Shown here one piece after another: positions 20,680-31,416 of a stretch of DNA of 64,000 nt. Numbering within the stretch: position 1 is the stretch's first letter; each line of letters begins with the position of its first letter. The notes below the pieces were generated by a model, which saw only the letters and a program-made list of their open reading frames with translations, made no database searches and had not been told where the DNA came from. The position numbers and the translations under genes were made by a program. The stretch is from assembly GCA_965279035.1 (NCBI GenBank), contig OZ257142.1, positions 224,001 to 288,000 on the forward strand. The letters run 5' to 3'. Source of the DNA: Bacteroidia bacterium (GTDB lineage Bacteria; Bacteroidota; Bacteroidia; M30B66).

Positions 20680-21107
20680 GAGCACAAAAATTCTTCATCG
20701 GAGCTGTCTCGCGAGATCATACCAAACGAGGCGAATCGGGCGGTTTCATGCAAGTGTGTCATGGAAAACAAGCACCACTTAAACGCATGCAAAAAGGCGA
20801 TTGGATTATTTTCTATTCCTCCAAAATCTCCATGCAGGGCGAGGAAAAATGTCAGGCTTTTACAGCAATCGGACAAGCTTGCGATGAGGCCGTTTATGGC
20901 TTTGAAATGTCACCCGAGTTTGTGCCCTTTCGCAGAAACGTTTCATTTTATCCATGCGAGGAAACTGCCATTGCGCCGCTCATTCCACACTTAGAATTTA
21001 TTCCCGACAAAAAGCGTTGGGGATATCCGTTTCGATTTGGTTTCTTTGAAATCGGTGAAAAGGACTTTCGCCTAATTGCTTCACACATGCTTCCCAATGA
21101 GTTCTGA
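20676..21107 (+). CDS. EVE-domain protein (UPF0310-like)
   Basis: QVCHGKQAPLKRMQKGDWIIFYS...FTAIG...FVPFRRNV...WGYPFRFG. Confidence 0.88.
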   Translation: MRAQKFFIGAVSRDHTKRGESGGFMQVCHGKQAPLKRMQKGDWIIFYSSKISMQGEEKCQAFTAIGQACDEAVYGFEMSPEFVPFRRNVSFYPCEETAIAPLIPHLEFIPDKKRWGYPFRFGFFEIGEKDFRLIASHMLPNEF

Positions 21108-21564
21108 ACCAAACCCCTTTCAGTTTGAAGAAGCCAACGACAGCTCCGGATTTTTACTCTGGCAGGTAACAAGTCTTTGGCAACGCGAAATCCGCAAGGC
21201 ACTCGAACCCTTCGATTTAACTCATTCGCAATTCGTTCTCCTGGCGAGCATGCACTGGTTAACGCTCAAAAAAAAAGAAATCACACAAATCATCTTGTCG
21301 CAACACACCAAAATCGACCCGATGACAACCTCAACGGTCCTTCGCACCTTACAAAGCAAAGGCTTAATTGAGCGCAAAGAACACAGCACCGATACGCGCG
21401 CTAAATCAGTAGCACTCACACCTGCAGGAAAAACCAAAGTGCTTCAAACAGTCAAAATTGTAGAAGCTTTTGACGATGAATTTTTCGCCATCCTCGGCAA
21501 AGAAATTCCGGAATTCAATCAGAAATTGTTGCGGTTACTTGTTCCTAGAATGATTAAAAGTTAA
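21097..21564 (+). CDS. MarR-family transcriptional regulator
   Basis: SSGFLLWQVTSLWQR...DPMTTSTVLRTLQ..DTRAK. Start moved to the ATG at 21097. Confidence 0.92.
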   Translation: MSSEPNPFQFEEANDSSGFLLWQVTSLWQREIRKALEPFDLTHSQFVLLASMHWLTLKKKEITQIILSQHTKIDPMTTSTVLRTLQSKGLIERKEHSTDTRAKSVALTPAGKTKVLQTVKIVEAFDDEFFAILGKEIPEFNQKLLRLLVPRMIKS

Positions 21565-21601
21565 AATCTAGAAGCTTATTAGAATCTTTAATTCCTGCAA
21601 C

Positions 21602-21744
21602 AGCAACCTCGGACTTCAGTCCGAGTACCATTAAGAAAAATGCTAGTTCAGATAATTGAAATACAGCTGGTTGTCAAACACATTGCATTAGGGACCTCGG
21701 ACTGAAGTCAGAGGTTGCTATGGACAGAGGTTGGATTATATCAA
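21602..21744. repeat. REP doublet (REPIN-like), copy 1 of a ~140-bp direct repeat
   Basis: AGCAACCTCGGACTTCAGTCCGAG (21602-21625) and inverted CCTCGGACTGAAGTCAGAGGTTGCTA (21695-21720) enclose a spacer shared with copy 2. Confidence 0.85.
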
Positions 21745-21761
21745 TGATATAGAGGCCGCGG

Positions 21762-24392
21762 CTAATGTTGAATAATCACCTTTCGGAATTCTTTTCTGTT
21801 GTTGCTATTCCAGCTAAGGATATAGATTCCCGCTTCTGCATTCACCGATATTTCCGATTGATTTGAAGAATAGGAAACATTACAATTTATTTCTCTTCCA
21901 TCGAGACTAAACAGCATAACGCTACCCTTGTCAATTGAATGTATGTGTTGAATATAAAAACGACCCTTGTTGGGATTTGGATAAATCGCCAATACGTCTG
22001 TTGTTTTTTCAATAGAAGTTGTAATTCCTCCTGTGTTTGCAAGCCATGAAAGAGGGTATTGATTGACTGCGTTTTTTAAGAACCGAATTAAATCTGGATA
22101 AGCATCATCATTCAAATCGGCATGACCAAAATTCATAATGTATTCATTATTATTGGAAGGTAGAAAGGTATCAGGGGCTGCAAATTCTGCAGTTCCATCA
22201 TTAAGGATTAACGCGCTCCTGTAATTGATACTTGATGTTGATACATAAGCCAATAACACAACATCGACATCATTATCTAAGTCAAAATCCATAGACTCCA
22301 AAGCCACACCTTTCCAATTAGGTTGTGTCGTAATAAAAGCCTCCTGAGGATTAAAGTTTCCTCCTCCCATATTCTCAAAATACAAAAAATAATTGGGGTT
22401 CGCTGTAGAACCAAATGCAGCAACTAGCAAATCATTTCGTTGATCTTGATTAATATCAGCCACTTTAATGTCTTTAATTGACAATAATTGATTGGTAATT
22501 ACCCTAATAGTATCGAACAAACCATTTCCCAATGATTTCATCCAAATTGCAGAAGTATTACTCCCAGAAATTAGATCGGGGAAATTGTCTTGATCCAAAT
22601 CGGCAGTCAATAATAATTCACTTCCCCAAGTAACAGAATCGGCAATGAGCATTGGTAATTCAAAAACACCATTGCCCGAGTTACGTATTGAATACACTTT
22701 TCGATAGGTGTTGTAATATCCCAATTTGAATGTTCCAGCTAAATCAATATTTCCATCTTGATCAAAATCGGCAGCAGTGATTTTTGCTCCAGAATTCATA
22801 TGATTTGCAATTATTTCCGGATCCTGAAAATCCCCAATGCCATTGTTCCGGAATAGTTGAATGTTAGAATCGGCAATAGATACAGCTACGATATCCAAGT
22901 CTAAATCATTGTCAAAATCTGCCACACTGATATCTTTCAAATTCAATACAGAATAGGAAATAATTATTGGTTCGCTAAAGTTTCCTGCACCCATATTATC
23001 GAAATACACCAGTTTATCATCATTCTTCGATCCCGCAACAAGGTCCTGATCTCCATCTCCATCAACATCGGCTGGAATTACATTTTGAATATTTACAAGT
23101 TTTGGATAAACAACAAGTCGGTTATTCCAATCTCCATTATTGTTTCTTTGGTAAACCGATAATGTTCCATAATCTGAATCTCCTGCAACTAAAATTTCAT
23201 TAATTCCATCATTATTTAAATCGACAGTACAATTCCATAATCCCTCTGTATTTTTATGATCAATTGGATTTATTAAAAAATTAGATCCGTCTCCAGTGTT
23301 TTCGAAAATGAGCATTACAGAAAACAATCCCAATAAATCTATATCTCCATCAGCATCAATATCTGACGTGGTGAAATGACCAGCATTTGAATTATTAAAT
23401 GGAATTGGATTCCCAAACTGCCCAGCACCAAAATTTCTTTGCCAATAGGAATTACCATCATATTTATTGTAAACAAAATCAATGAGCGAATCACCATTCA
23501 AATCAGCTAATTTGAAATAGAACACTTGGTGTTCGCTAGCCCCGGTTATCCACTGTTTCGGACCAAAACTACCATTGCCTAGGTTTTCCATCCATCCTGC
23601 AAAACCATTAAAACCGGATGCAAAAAAGACATCTAAATCTCCATCGTTTTCTATATCGCCCAATTCTACATTAAAACCTTGAATGGTGCTATCACTTAAT
23701 ATAGTTTCAATAGAAAATAGCGTATCATTAAATGAGTTATTACTGAATACAGAAATTTTTCCAGGAAGGTCACTAAATCCATATGGGTCAATGGTGTCGT
23801 TGAAATATTCAACCGTTGATTGTAAACTTGAAGCTACTATTTCTAGACCTTGAGAACTATCTAAATTACCTGCACGTACGGTTGAAATATGTCCGAAATT
23901 CTTAGCAATAAACTTCCCTTCAGAAAATAAACCATTTCCTAATCCTTGGTATATAAATATTCTTCCTTGTTCTTTAGATGGTGGCGGTGGTGGCGGTCCA
24001 GGACCAAACGAATTAACGATTCCAATATTCCCAGAGTTGTTAGGAACGATATAATTAACAGCACAAACCACATCTTTTTTCCCATCCTCATCCACATCTG
24101 CCACAATCATATTATTAAAACTCCAGCCAATAAAGGCGGTATCCCAAGGTGGATTGCTCAGTTGGATGGGCTCTGAAAATCCATTATTCCCATTGTTTGG
24201 CCACCAATACACATTGCTGGAAAAGGCAATGATGGCATCCTCAAATCCATCTTGGTTAAAATCCCCTTTGTCAATGGAAACAGGATAACCCAAAATCATA
24301 TTATGAATGAGATTGTTAGGAGTTCCAAATTGAGCCTTTGCATTCGTACTGTAACAGGCTAAAAGCAAGTAACATATTAGAAACCTATTCAT
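21762..24392 (-). CDS. FG-GAP/VCBS repeat beta-propeller protein with T9SS type A CTD
   Basis: More than 12 DxDxDGDxD Ca-binding repeats, signal peptide MNRFLICYLLLAC...AQ (start reassigned to 24392), and CTD IYPNP...GIYIL...KVIIQH. Confidence 0.88.
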   Translation of the reverse strand: MNRFLICYLLLACYSTNAKAQFGTPNNLIHNMILGYPVSIDKGDFNQDGFEDAIIAFSSNVYWWPNNGNNGFSEPIQLSNPPWDTAFIGWSFNNMIVADVDEDGKKDVVCAVNYIVPNNSGNIGIVNSFGPGPPPPPPSKEQGRIFIYQGLGNGLFSEGKFIAKNFGHISTVRAGNLDSSQGLEIVASSLQSTVEYFNDTIDPYGFSDLPGKISVFSNNSFNDTLFSIETILSDSTIQGFNVELGDIENDGDLDVFFASGFNGFAGWMENLGNGSFGPKQWITGASEHQVFYFKLADLNGDSLIDFVYNKYDGNSYWQRNFGAGQFGNPIPFNNSNAGHFTTSDIDADGDIDLLGLFSVMLIFENTGDGSNFLINPIDHKNTEGLWNCTVDLNNDGINEILVAGDSDYGTLSVYQRNNNGDWNNRLVVYPKLVNIQNVIPADVDGDGDQDLVAGSKNDDKLVYFDNMGAGNFSEPIIISYSVLNLKDISVADFDNDLDLDIVAVSIADSNIQLFRNNGIGDFQDPEIIANHMNSGAKITAADFDQDGNIDLAGTFKLGYYNTYRKVYSIRNSGNGVFELPMLIADSVTWGSELLLTADLDQDNFPDLISGSNTSAIWMKSLGNGLFDTIRVITNQLLSIKDIKVADINQDQRNDLLVAAFGSTANPNYFLYFENMGGGNFNPQEAFITTQPNWKGVALESMDFDLDNDVDVVLLAYVSTSSINYRSALILNDGTAEFAAPDTFLPSNNNEYIMNFGHADLNDDAYPDLIRFLKNAVNQYPLSWLANTGGITTSIEKTTDVLAIYPNPNKGRFYIQHIHSIDKGSVMLFSLDGREINCNVSYSSNQSEISVNAEAGIYILSWNSNNRKEFRKVIIQH

Positions 24393-24508
24393 AATAAAAT
24401 AGTTGTATGTGTAAAAATACTCCGAAAAGCAAAGAGACTTATTGCCTAAATGTTGAATAGTTGCATTTTTATTAACAGGCTTTATTAGCTCAAATCCAGC
24501 ATCTGCAC

Positions 24509-24647
24509 CCTCGGACTGAAGTCCGAGGACCATTAAGAAAAATGCTAGTTCAGATAATTGAAACTACAACTGGATGCCAAACACATTGCATTAGGGACCT
24601 CGGACTGAAGTCAGAGGTTGCTATGGACAGATGTTGGATTATATCAA
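24509..24647. repeat. REP doublet, copy 2 of the ~140-bp direct repeat
   Basis: CCTCGGACTGAAGTCCGAGG (24509-24528), near-identical spacer and CCTCGGACTGAAGTCAGAGGTTGCTA (24598-24623). Matches 21607-21744. Confidence 0.88.
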
Positions 24648-24657
24648 CAACATTCGA

Positions 24658-24704
24658 TGCTATCCCCGGACTTCAGTCCGGGGATGCGGGGGGTGGGGAT
24701 AGCA
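24658..24704. repeat. Additional REP-like palindrome
   Basis: ATCCCCGGACTTCAGTCCGGGGAT (24662-24685) has the same GGACTTCAGTCC core. TGCTATCCCC/GGGGATAGCA form an outer inverted repeat. Confidence 0.75.
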
Positions 24705-24761
24705 AATTCCTACTATAAAATTCCCCTAATTCTCTACCTTTGCAGCTCTATAAAATCACGC

Positions 24762-25823
24762 ATGTTTTTACACAACCGTGTCAATAAAGACGAGCTACGA
24801 GCGCGCATTCAGGCTGATAATACGCCACGCAACACGCTCTCTTTTTACCGATACGTTATTTTGGAAGATGCCCCTACTTTCCGCGATCAGCTATACAAAG
24901 AATGGCACGAACTGGGTGTTTTAGGTCGCATCTATTTGGCTTACGAAGGTGTGAATGCACAATTAAGCGTTCCAACAGCCAACTTCGAAGCTTTCCGAAA
25001 ACAAATCGATTCGCATCCTCAATTCAAAGATGTACCCTTTAAAATTGCCGTTGAAGATGATGGTAAATCGTTTATCAAACTGGTCATTAAAGTGCGCAAG
25101 AAGATTGTTGCTGATGGTCTCGACGACAATGCCTTCGATGTAACCAATGTTGGTAAACACCTAAGTGCCGAGGAATTCAACGAAGCAATGAACACGCCCG
25201 GAGTGGTGGTGGTGGATATGCGCAATCATTACGAAGCTGAAGTTGGTCGTTTCGAAGGAGCTATAACGCCCGATGTAGATACCTTTCGTGAGGAATTGCC
25301 TTGGGTAGTAGAAAACCTCAAAGACAAAAAAGACCAGAAAGTGCTCATGTATTGCACCGGTGGAATTCGTTGCGAAAAAGCAAGTGCTTACCTGCGCCAT
25401 CATGGATTTGAGGATGTGAACCAATTGTATGGTGGCATTATTTCTTATGCCCAAGAAATCAAGGAAAAAGGCATCGAGTCGAAATTCAAGGGGAAAAACT
25501 TTGTCTTTGATGAGCGTTTAGGCGAACGCATTACCGATGATATCCTCAGTAATTGTCACCAATGTGGCGAACCATGCGATACACACACTAACTGTGCGAA
25601 CGTAGATTGCAACCTGCTTTTCATTCAATGTGAGAATTGCCAAAAAGAATTCAACGGCTGTTGCAGTGCTGAGTGCATGGAAATTATTGCCTTACCCGAA
25701 GAAACCCAGAAAGAACTCCGCAAAAACAAAAATTACCAATACAGCAATATGTTGTACCGCAAAGGCCGACTTCGTCCAAGTGGACCACAACTTCAACAAT
25801 ACACGCTTAAATCCAAGTCATGA
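24762..25823 (+). CDS. trhO: Rhodanese-related tRNA uridine(34) hydroxylase TrhO (YceA/UPF0176)
   Basis: [40 protein letters not shown] and a Cys-rich C-terminus. Start at ATG 24762 after a TACCTTTG box (24735-24742). Confidence 0.92.
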   Translation: MFLHNRVNKDELRARIQADNTPRNTLSFYRYVILEDAPTFRDQLYKEWHELGVLGRIYLAYEGVNAQLSVPTANFEAFRKQIDSHPQFKDVPFKIAVEDDGKSFIKLVIKVRKKIVADGLDDNAFDVTNVGKHLSAEEFNEAMNTPGVVVVDMRNHYEAEVGRFEGAITPDVDTFREELPWVVENLKDKKDQKVLMYCTGGIRCEKASAYLRHHGFEDVNQLYGGIISYAQEIKEKGIESKFKGKNFVFDERLGERITDDILSNCHQCGEPCDTHTNCANVDCNLLFIQCENCQKEFNGCCSAECMEIIALPEETQKELRKNKNYQYSNMLYRKGRLRPSGPQLQQYTLKSKS

Positions 25824-26599
25824 GCTTCCAAAATATTCTCGTTTCTGTAAACGAAGGCATTCAAACCATCACCGTAAATCGTCCCGACAAACTCAATGCG
25901 CTGAATTACCTAACCATTCAGGAGATTGGTCAAGCAGTTAAGCAAGGGAACAAAAATCCAGAAGTATTTGGGATGATTCTCACCGGCTCTGGTGATAAAG
26001 CCTTTGTGGCAGGAGCCGACATTAGCGAGTTTTCTTCCTATGGCGATATTGAAGCAGAGAAACTTAGTCGCGACGGAGGTGATGTTTTTAATAGCATCGA
26101 ACGTTCGGATAAACCAGTCATTGCAGCGGTAAACGGATTTGCATTGGGCGGTGGTTGCGAATTGGCGATGTCGTGTCAGATTCGTGTGGCATCTGAAAAT
26201 GCTCGTTTTGGACAACCCGAAGTGAATCTAGGTTTGATTCCCGGATATGCCGGAACACAACGTTTGGTGCAGCTTATTGGAAAAGGAAAAGCACTCGAAT
26301 TGTTGATGACTGCCGATATGATTGGTGCTGAAGAAGCGCATCGTTTAGGTTTAGTCAACCATGTGGTTCCGCAAGCCGAATTGATAAACAAAGCCACCGA
26401 AATCCTTAAAAAGATTGGCACAAAAGCACCATTAGCAATTGCTGCTGTAATTCGTTGCGTGAATGCTCATTTTCAATATGATGAAAACGGTTTCGATACA
26501 GAGATTCGCGAGTTTGCAGGATGTTTTGGAACCGAAGATTTTAAAGAAGGAACCGAAGCCTTTTTAGGAAAGCGTAAGGCGGAATTCAAAGGGAAATAA
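25820..26599 (+). CDS. Enoyl-CoA hydratase (crotonase)
   Basis: [28 protein letters not shown] and [11 protein letters not shown] motifs. Confidence 0.95.
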   Translation: MSFQNILVSVNEGIQTITVNRPDKLNALNYLTIQEIGQAVKQGNKNPEVFGMILTGSGDKAFVAGADISEFSSYGDIEAEKLSRDGGDVFNSIERSDKPVIAAVNGFALGGGCELAMSCQIRVASENARFGQPEVNLGLIPGYAGTQRLVQLIGKGKALELLMTADMIGAEEAHRLGLVNHVVPQAELINKATEILKKIGTKAPLAIAAVIRCVNAHFQYDENGFDTEIREFAGCFGTEDFKEGTEAFLGKRKAEFKGK

Positions 26600-26696
26600 A
26601 TCATTCTAAAATCCGATATATTCGGATGAACGAAATGTGATGGAGATTGATAGGAAAAAAACGTCCTTTGTTGCTGAAGCAAATGATTGATAAAGC

Positions 26697-28181
26697 GTGA
26701 ATCCTCTGCGTAAACTTGCTGGTCAAACGGCCATCTATGGGTTAAGTTCCATCGTTGGTCGACTGCTGAATTACCTACTGGTTCCGATTCACACGCGTGT
26801 TTTTCTTCCAGAAGCATATGGTGTAGTTACAGAAATGTATTCCTACGTTGCTTTCTTGATGATTGTGCTTACCTATGGTTTCGAAACTTCCTTCTTTCGA
26901 TTCGCCAGCAATCAAGAGGATCGTCCGCGTATTTATGCTACATCCCTCATTTCGCTCCTTATTAGTTCACTTGGGTTTTTCATCCTCTGTTGGATATTCG
27001 CAGGACCAATTGCTGAGTACATCCAATATCCCGAACATTCCGAATACATTGTTTGGTTTGCACTCATTTTAACCACCGATGCCGCTACTAGCATCCCATT
27101 CGCCAAACTACGACTCGAAAACCGCCCACTCAAATTTGCTTTTCTCAAGCTGGTAAACATTGGCGTGAATGTGCTAATTAATTTGTTTTTCCTGATGCTT
27201 TGTCCGTGGTTGCTCGAAAACGGTAGCCCATCTATTCAGGATGCTGTTCTTGATATCTATGATCCGAATATGGGTATTGGATATGTGTTCATTGCCAATC
27301 TGGTAGCGAGTTTAGTTACGTTTATCCTGCTAATTCCCGATATGTGGAAAATGAGCTGGAAATTCGACAATGAACTTTGGCAACGTATGATGAGGTATAG
27401 TTTGCCCTTGTTGATTGGCGGATTGGCGGGCACAACCAACGAAATGTTTAGTCGGATGAGCATGAAATATCAGCTTCCTAAATCCATTGCGATGCACGAT
27501 TTAGGGGTTTTTGGAGCCTGCTACAAAGTGGCTATTTTGATGACCATTTTCATTCAAACGTTTCGCTTTGCAGCTGAACCATTTTTCTTCACTCAAGCCC
27601 GGGAGAAAAACGCCAAAAAGCTCTACGCCGATGTGATGCACTGGTTTGTAATCGCTTGTAGTTTGATTTATTTAGGTGTGCTCATCTTCATGAATATTGT
27701 GCAGGAATTCATTGGAGAAGCCTATCACGAAGGATTGGTGGTTGTGCCCATTTTACTCATGGCTCAGCTGTTTTTGGGTGTGTTTTTCAACTTAAGTATT
27801 TGGTTTAAACTGAACGACCGCACATCAATTGGCGCTTGGTTGGCCATTTTCGGATCTGTACTCACCTTGATTCTAAACTATTTTTGGGTGCCGAAATTTG
27901 GTTATGTAGGTGCTTCCTGGGCTACGTTTGTGGTGTATTTGATGATGTTGATTGCCTCGTATCTGTTGGGACAGAAATATTATCCTATTGAATATGATTT
28001 ACGTCGGGTAATTGGTTATCCGGCCTCGGTTGCCATCATTGTTTGGCTTTACACACAGTATCTTCCTATGGAAGGCGCTCTATCATGGGTGCTAAAAAGC
28101 TTGATATTGTTAGCTTTTATTGGTGTTGTGTGGCTTCTTGAGGTACGGAAAAAAACCGTAATTTCGTCCCCTTCAACCTAA
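26697..28181 (+). CDS. Polysaccharide biosynthesis flippase (Wzx/MOP superfamily)
   Basis: [17 protein letters not shown]-terminus, ~13-14 TMs, conserved position upstream of dut in Bacteroidota. Confidence 0.85.
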   Translation: MNPLRKLAGQTAIYGLSSIVGRLLNYLLVPIHTRVFLPEAYGVVTEMYSYVAFLMIVLTYGFETSFFRFASNQEDRPRIYATSLISLLISSLGFFILCWIFAGPIAEYIQYPEHSEYIVWFALILTTDAATSIPFAKLRLENRPLKFAFLKLVNIGVNVLINLFFLMLCPWLLENGSPSIQDAVLDIYDPNMGIGYVFIANLVASLVTFILLIPDMWKMSWKFDNELWQRMMRYSLPLLIGGLAGTTNEMFSRMSMKYQLPKSIAMHDLGVFGACYKVAILMTIFIQTFRFAAEPFFFTQAREKNAKKLYADVMHWFVIACSLIYLGVLIFMNIVQEFIGEAYHEGLVVVPILLMAQLFLGVFFNLSIWFKLNDRTSIGAWLAIFGSVLTLILNYFWVPKFGYVGASWATFVVYLMMLIASYLLGQKYYPIEYDLRRVIGYPASVAIIVWLYTQYLPMEGALSWVLKSLILLAFIGVVWLLEVRKKTVISSPST

Positions 28182-28194
28182 AAAACATCCTCGT

Positions 28195-28629
28195 ATGAAA
28201 ATCAGAATCATCAACCAGTCGGCACACGCGCTGCCGGAATATGGAACTGAACATGCCGCCGGATGTGATTTACGAGCCAACTTAAGCGAACCGGTTGTTC
28301 TCGCACCTCTTGGACGCGCTTTAATTCCTACCGGATTGTTTTTAGAAATCCCTGTTGGATTAGAAGGACAAGTCCGCCCACGTAGCGGATTAGCAGCTAA
28401 GCATGGAGTAACAGTGCTCAATTCACCCGGAACCATTGATGCAGATTACCGCGGAGAAGTAAAAGTGATCCTAGTAAACTTATCGGATACCGCTTTTACG
28501 ATTAACAATGGAGAGCGAATCGCCCAGTTGGTTGTAGCCAAACACGAACGTGCCGAATGGGAAGAAAGTTCTAGTCTTGCCGATTCAGAGCGCGGTGCTG
28601 GAGGATTTGGTCATACCGGAGTTCATTAA
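28195..28629 (+). CDS. dut: dUTP diphosphatase
   Basis: [27 protein letters not shown] and [10 protein letters not shown] motifs. Confidence 0.97.
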   Translation: MKIRIINQSAHALPEYGTEHAAGCDLRANLSEPVVLAPLGRALIPTGLFLEIPVGLEGQVRPRSGLAAKHGVTVLNSPGTIDADYRGEVKVILVNLSDTAFTINNGERIAQLVVAKHERAEWEESSSLADSERGAGGFGHTGVH

Positions 28630-28653
28630 AAAAATCTACCCTAATTTTCAGGA

Positions 28654-29664
28654 ATGAGAATCATTATACCAATGGCAGGCATGGGCAAACGCATGCGCCC
28701 TCACACACTTGTCACCCCAAAACCTTTAATTGAATTTGCTGGCAAACCGATGGTTCACCACATTGTGGAAGAACTCGCCAAAACCTGTCATGAACCTATC
28801 GAAGAGATTGCGTTTGTGATTGGAAACTTTGGTAAAGAAGCCGAAAAAAGCCTGATTGCAGTTGCCGAAAAAGTAGGTGCAAAAGGCAGCATTTATTATC
28901 AAGAAGAAGCGCTCGGAACAGCTCACGCCGTTTTATGTGCAGCCGAATCGATGCAAGGAAAACTCATCATCGCCTTTGCTGATACACTTTTCAAAGCGAA
29001 TTTCGTTCTCGACGAATCGAAAGATGCCGTGATTTGGGTTCAACAAGTTGAAGATCCTCGCCCTTTTGGTGTGGTGAAAGTGAACGAAGAAGGTAACATC
29101 ACCGATTTCGTTGAAAAGCCTGCTGAATTCGTTTCCGACTTAGCAATTATTGGTATTTACTATTTCCGCGATGGTGAGAATTTACGTTCCGAATTGCAGT
29201 ATTTGATTGATAACGACCTAAAAGAAAAAGGCGAATATCAAATCACCAACGCCCTCGAAAACATGAAGCAAAAAGGGCTCAAATTCGCCCCCGGCAAAGT
29301 GATCGAATGGCTCGACTGTGGTAATAAGAATGCTACTGTTTACACACATTCCCGCTGGTTGGAATTGAAAAGAGGTGAGCAATTGATTGATGCTTCACTG
29401 GTGAAAGAAAATGCTTTAGTGATTGAGCCGTGCTACATTGGAAAAGGCGTAAAGATTATCGGATCGGTAGTTGGGCCCCATGTTTCGATAGCTGATGGTA
29501 GCTTGATTGAAAATTCAGTGATTCAAAATTCGATCATCCAGAAAAATACGCGCATCCGAAACAGCGTTATTGGTAACTCGATGATTGGAAATTCGGCAGA
29601 GATTCAAAACCAGATGCTCGATTTGAGTGTTGGAGATTATTCCGTGATTTCAACCGGGAATTAA
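28654..29664 (+). CDS. Sugar-phosphate nucleotidyltransferase with left-handed beta-helix C-terminus
   Basis: PMAGMGKRMRPHT..PKPL, LGTAHA, FVEKP and WLDCG motifs. Confidence 0.9.
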   Translation: MRIIIPMAGMGKRMRPHTLVTPKPLIEFAGKPMVHHIVEELAKTCHEPIEEIAFVIGNFGKEAEKSLIAVAEKVGAKGSIYYQEEALGTAHAVLCAAESMQGKLIIAFADTLFKANFVLDESKDAVIWVQQVEDPRPFGVVKVNEEGNITDFVEKPAEFVSDLAIIGIYYFRDGENLRSELQYLIDNDLKEKGEYQITNALENMKQKGLKFAPGKVIEWLDCGNKNATVYTHSRWLELKRGEQLIDASLVKENALVIEPCYIGKGVKIIGSVVGPHVSIADGSLIENSVIQNSIIQKNTRIRNSVIGNSMIGNSAEIQNQMLDLSVGDYSVISTGN

Positions 29665-29673
29665 ATCCTTAAA

Positions 29674-31416
29674 ATGCATCAACTAAAATTTGTTTTTTAT
29701 ACTATAGTGCTTCTTGGACTTTTGTCTTCCTGCAAAAACAAGCAGGTTGGCTCGTCCGATAAGAATCCTTCTGCTTCCTCTGCTCTCACCGAAAAAGAAC
29801 GTCTCGATTTTGAGGTTTTGTTTTTTGATGCTGAGAAAGAAAAGCTACTTGGTAATTTTAGCCAAGCTCAAACGAAGTTTCAACAAGCCATTCGCATCAA
29901 CCCAAGAGCTGCTGCAGCACATTTTGAATTGAGTCAGGTTTATTTGCAAACGGGCAATAAAGACTTAGCAGAATTAAGTGGTAAAACGGCTGTTCGTTTC
30001 GACGAAAATAACAAATGGTATAAGCTTGCATTGGCCGATATCTATGCACGCAACGATAAATATGCTGAGGTAGTTCCATTGATGGAAAGTCTGCATAAAA
30101 AGGAGCCAAACAACGAAGATTATTTATATGGATTAGGTTCGGCACTTGTGCAAACGGGTAAATTCGACGAAGCAGCTAAAGTGTACAACAAATTAGAGGC
30201 ATTGGTTGGAATTAACGAAGAGTTGATTCTTCAAAAGAAAAACCTCTATATGCGTTTGGGCAAAACCGATAAAGCCATTGCAGAAATTAATCGGCTGATG
30301 GCGGCATTTCCCGAAGAAGTTGGCTATCGTGGCTTTCTAGCGGAGATTTATGAAGCCACCAAACAACCCGAAAAAGCGTTGGCTGAGTACAATGAGATTT
30401 TACGTCTCGATCCGGACAATCCCAATGTTCGATTTTCTTTAGCTGAATATTATCGTGCGCAGGGCGACAAAGAGAAATCGTATCAGGAATTGAAGAAAGC
30501 CTTTGCAAACCCAGAGAGTTCCTTGGAGTTGAAAATGCAGGTGCTTTCCTCCTATTTCGAAATCACTGCCCAATATCCCGAGTTGAAATATCAAGCGATG
30601 GAATTATGTCGCGAACTGGTGGCAGCACATCCCGAAGATCCACAAGCACATGCTGTTTACGGAGATTTTCTACTTCGCGAAGAGAAACTCAATGAAGCGC
30701 GCGATCAATACATGTTAGTGTTAGAAGCCGACAAAGGGCGCTATTCGGTTTGGAATCAGATTTTGTTGATTGATTCGGAATTGAAGAACTACCAAAGCAT
30801 GTTCGATTTGAGTAAAGAAGCGATGGAATTGTTTCCATATCAACCTACTTTATTTCTCTACAATGGCATTGCAGCTATGCAATTGAAGCAATACGACAAA
30901 GCCATTGAATCGCTAAAGGGCGGTGCAGATGTTACTATTGGCAACTCAGCATTATCATCGCAATTCTATGCATCGATGGGCGACAGTTACAATTACATGA
31001 CGAAGTTCAATGAAAGCAATGATGCGTATGAGAAAGCCTTGAAATACGATGCGGCAAATACATACGTATTAAACAATTACGCGTATTACTTGTCACTGCG
31101 CAAAGAAAACCTTCCTCGTGCGAAAGAATTGTCTGAGAAATGCAATGAACTTCAACCTGGAAATGCTTCGTTTCAAGACACTTACGCTTGGATATTGTTT
31201 CAGATGAATGATTTAGAAAATGCATCTATTTGGATTGATAAAGCCATCGAAAATGGGGGAATTCGTAGCGGTACGATCATGGAACACAAAGGCGATATTT
31301 TGATCAAACAAGGCAAAACAAACGATGCATTGGACTTTTGGAGAAGGGCAAAAGAACTCGGTGGAACGAGCGATAAATTGGACCAGAAAATCAGTCAGCA
31401 AAAATATTCGGAGTAA
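29674..31416 (+). CDS. Tetratricopeptide-repeat lipoprotein
   Basis: Lipobox LSSC, multiple TPRs and a LNNYAYYL...DTYAWIL...EHKGD C-terminus. Confidence 0.9.
   Translation: MHQLKFVFYTIVLLGLLSSCKNKQVGSSDKNPSASSALTEKERLDFEVLFFDAEKEKLLGNFSQAQTKFQQAIRINPRAAAAHFELSQVYLQTGNKDLAELSGKTAVRFDENNKWYKLALADIYARNDKYAEVVPLMESLHKKEPNNEDYLYGLGSALVQTGKFDEAAKVYNKLEALVGINEELILQKKNLYMRLGKTDKAIAEINRLMAAFPEEVGYRGFLAEIYEATKQPEKALAEYNEILRLDPDNPNVRFSLAEYYRAQGDKEKSYQELKKAFANPESSLELKMQVLSSYFEITAQYPELKYQAMELCRELVAAHPEDPQAHAVYGDFLLREEKLNEARDQYMLVLEADKGRYSVWNQILLIDSELKNYQSMFDLSKEAMELFPYQPTLFLYNGIAAMQLKQYDKAIESLKGGADVTIGNSALSSQFYASMGDSYNYMTKFNESNDAYEKALKYDAANTYVLNNYAYYLSLRKENLPRAKELSEKCNELQPGNASFQDTYAWILFQMNDLENASIWIDKAIENGGIRSGTIMEHKGDILIKQGKTNDALDFWRRAKELGGTSDKLDQKISQQKYSE

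Noticed and set aside
21602-24704. CRISPR array or integron attC interpretation of the palindromic repeats
   Set aside because: Only five copies in two clusters, spacers identical rather than unique, no cas or intI genes, and no RYYYAAC/GTTRRRY ends.
24393-24761. N-terminal extensions of the FG-GAP and TrhO ORFs in the ORF track
   Set aside because: They run through REP repeats and promoter boxes; the signal peptide and family N-terminus indicate starts at 24392 and 24762.
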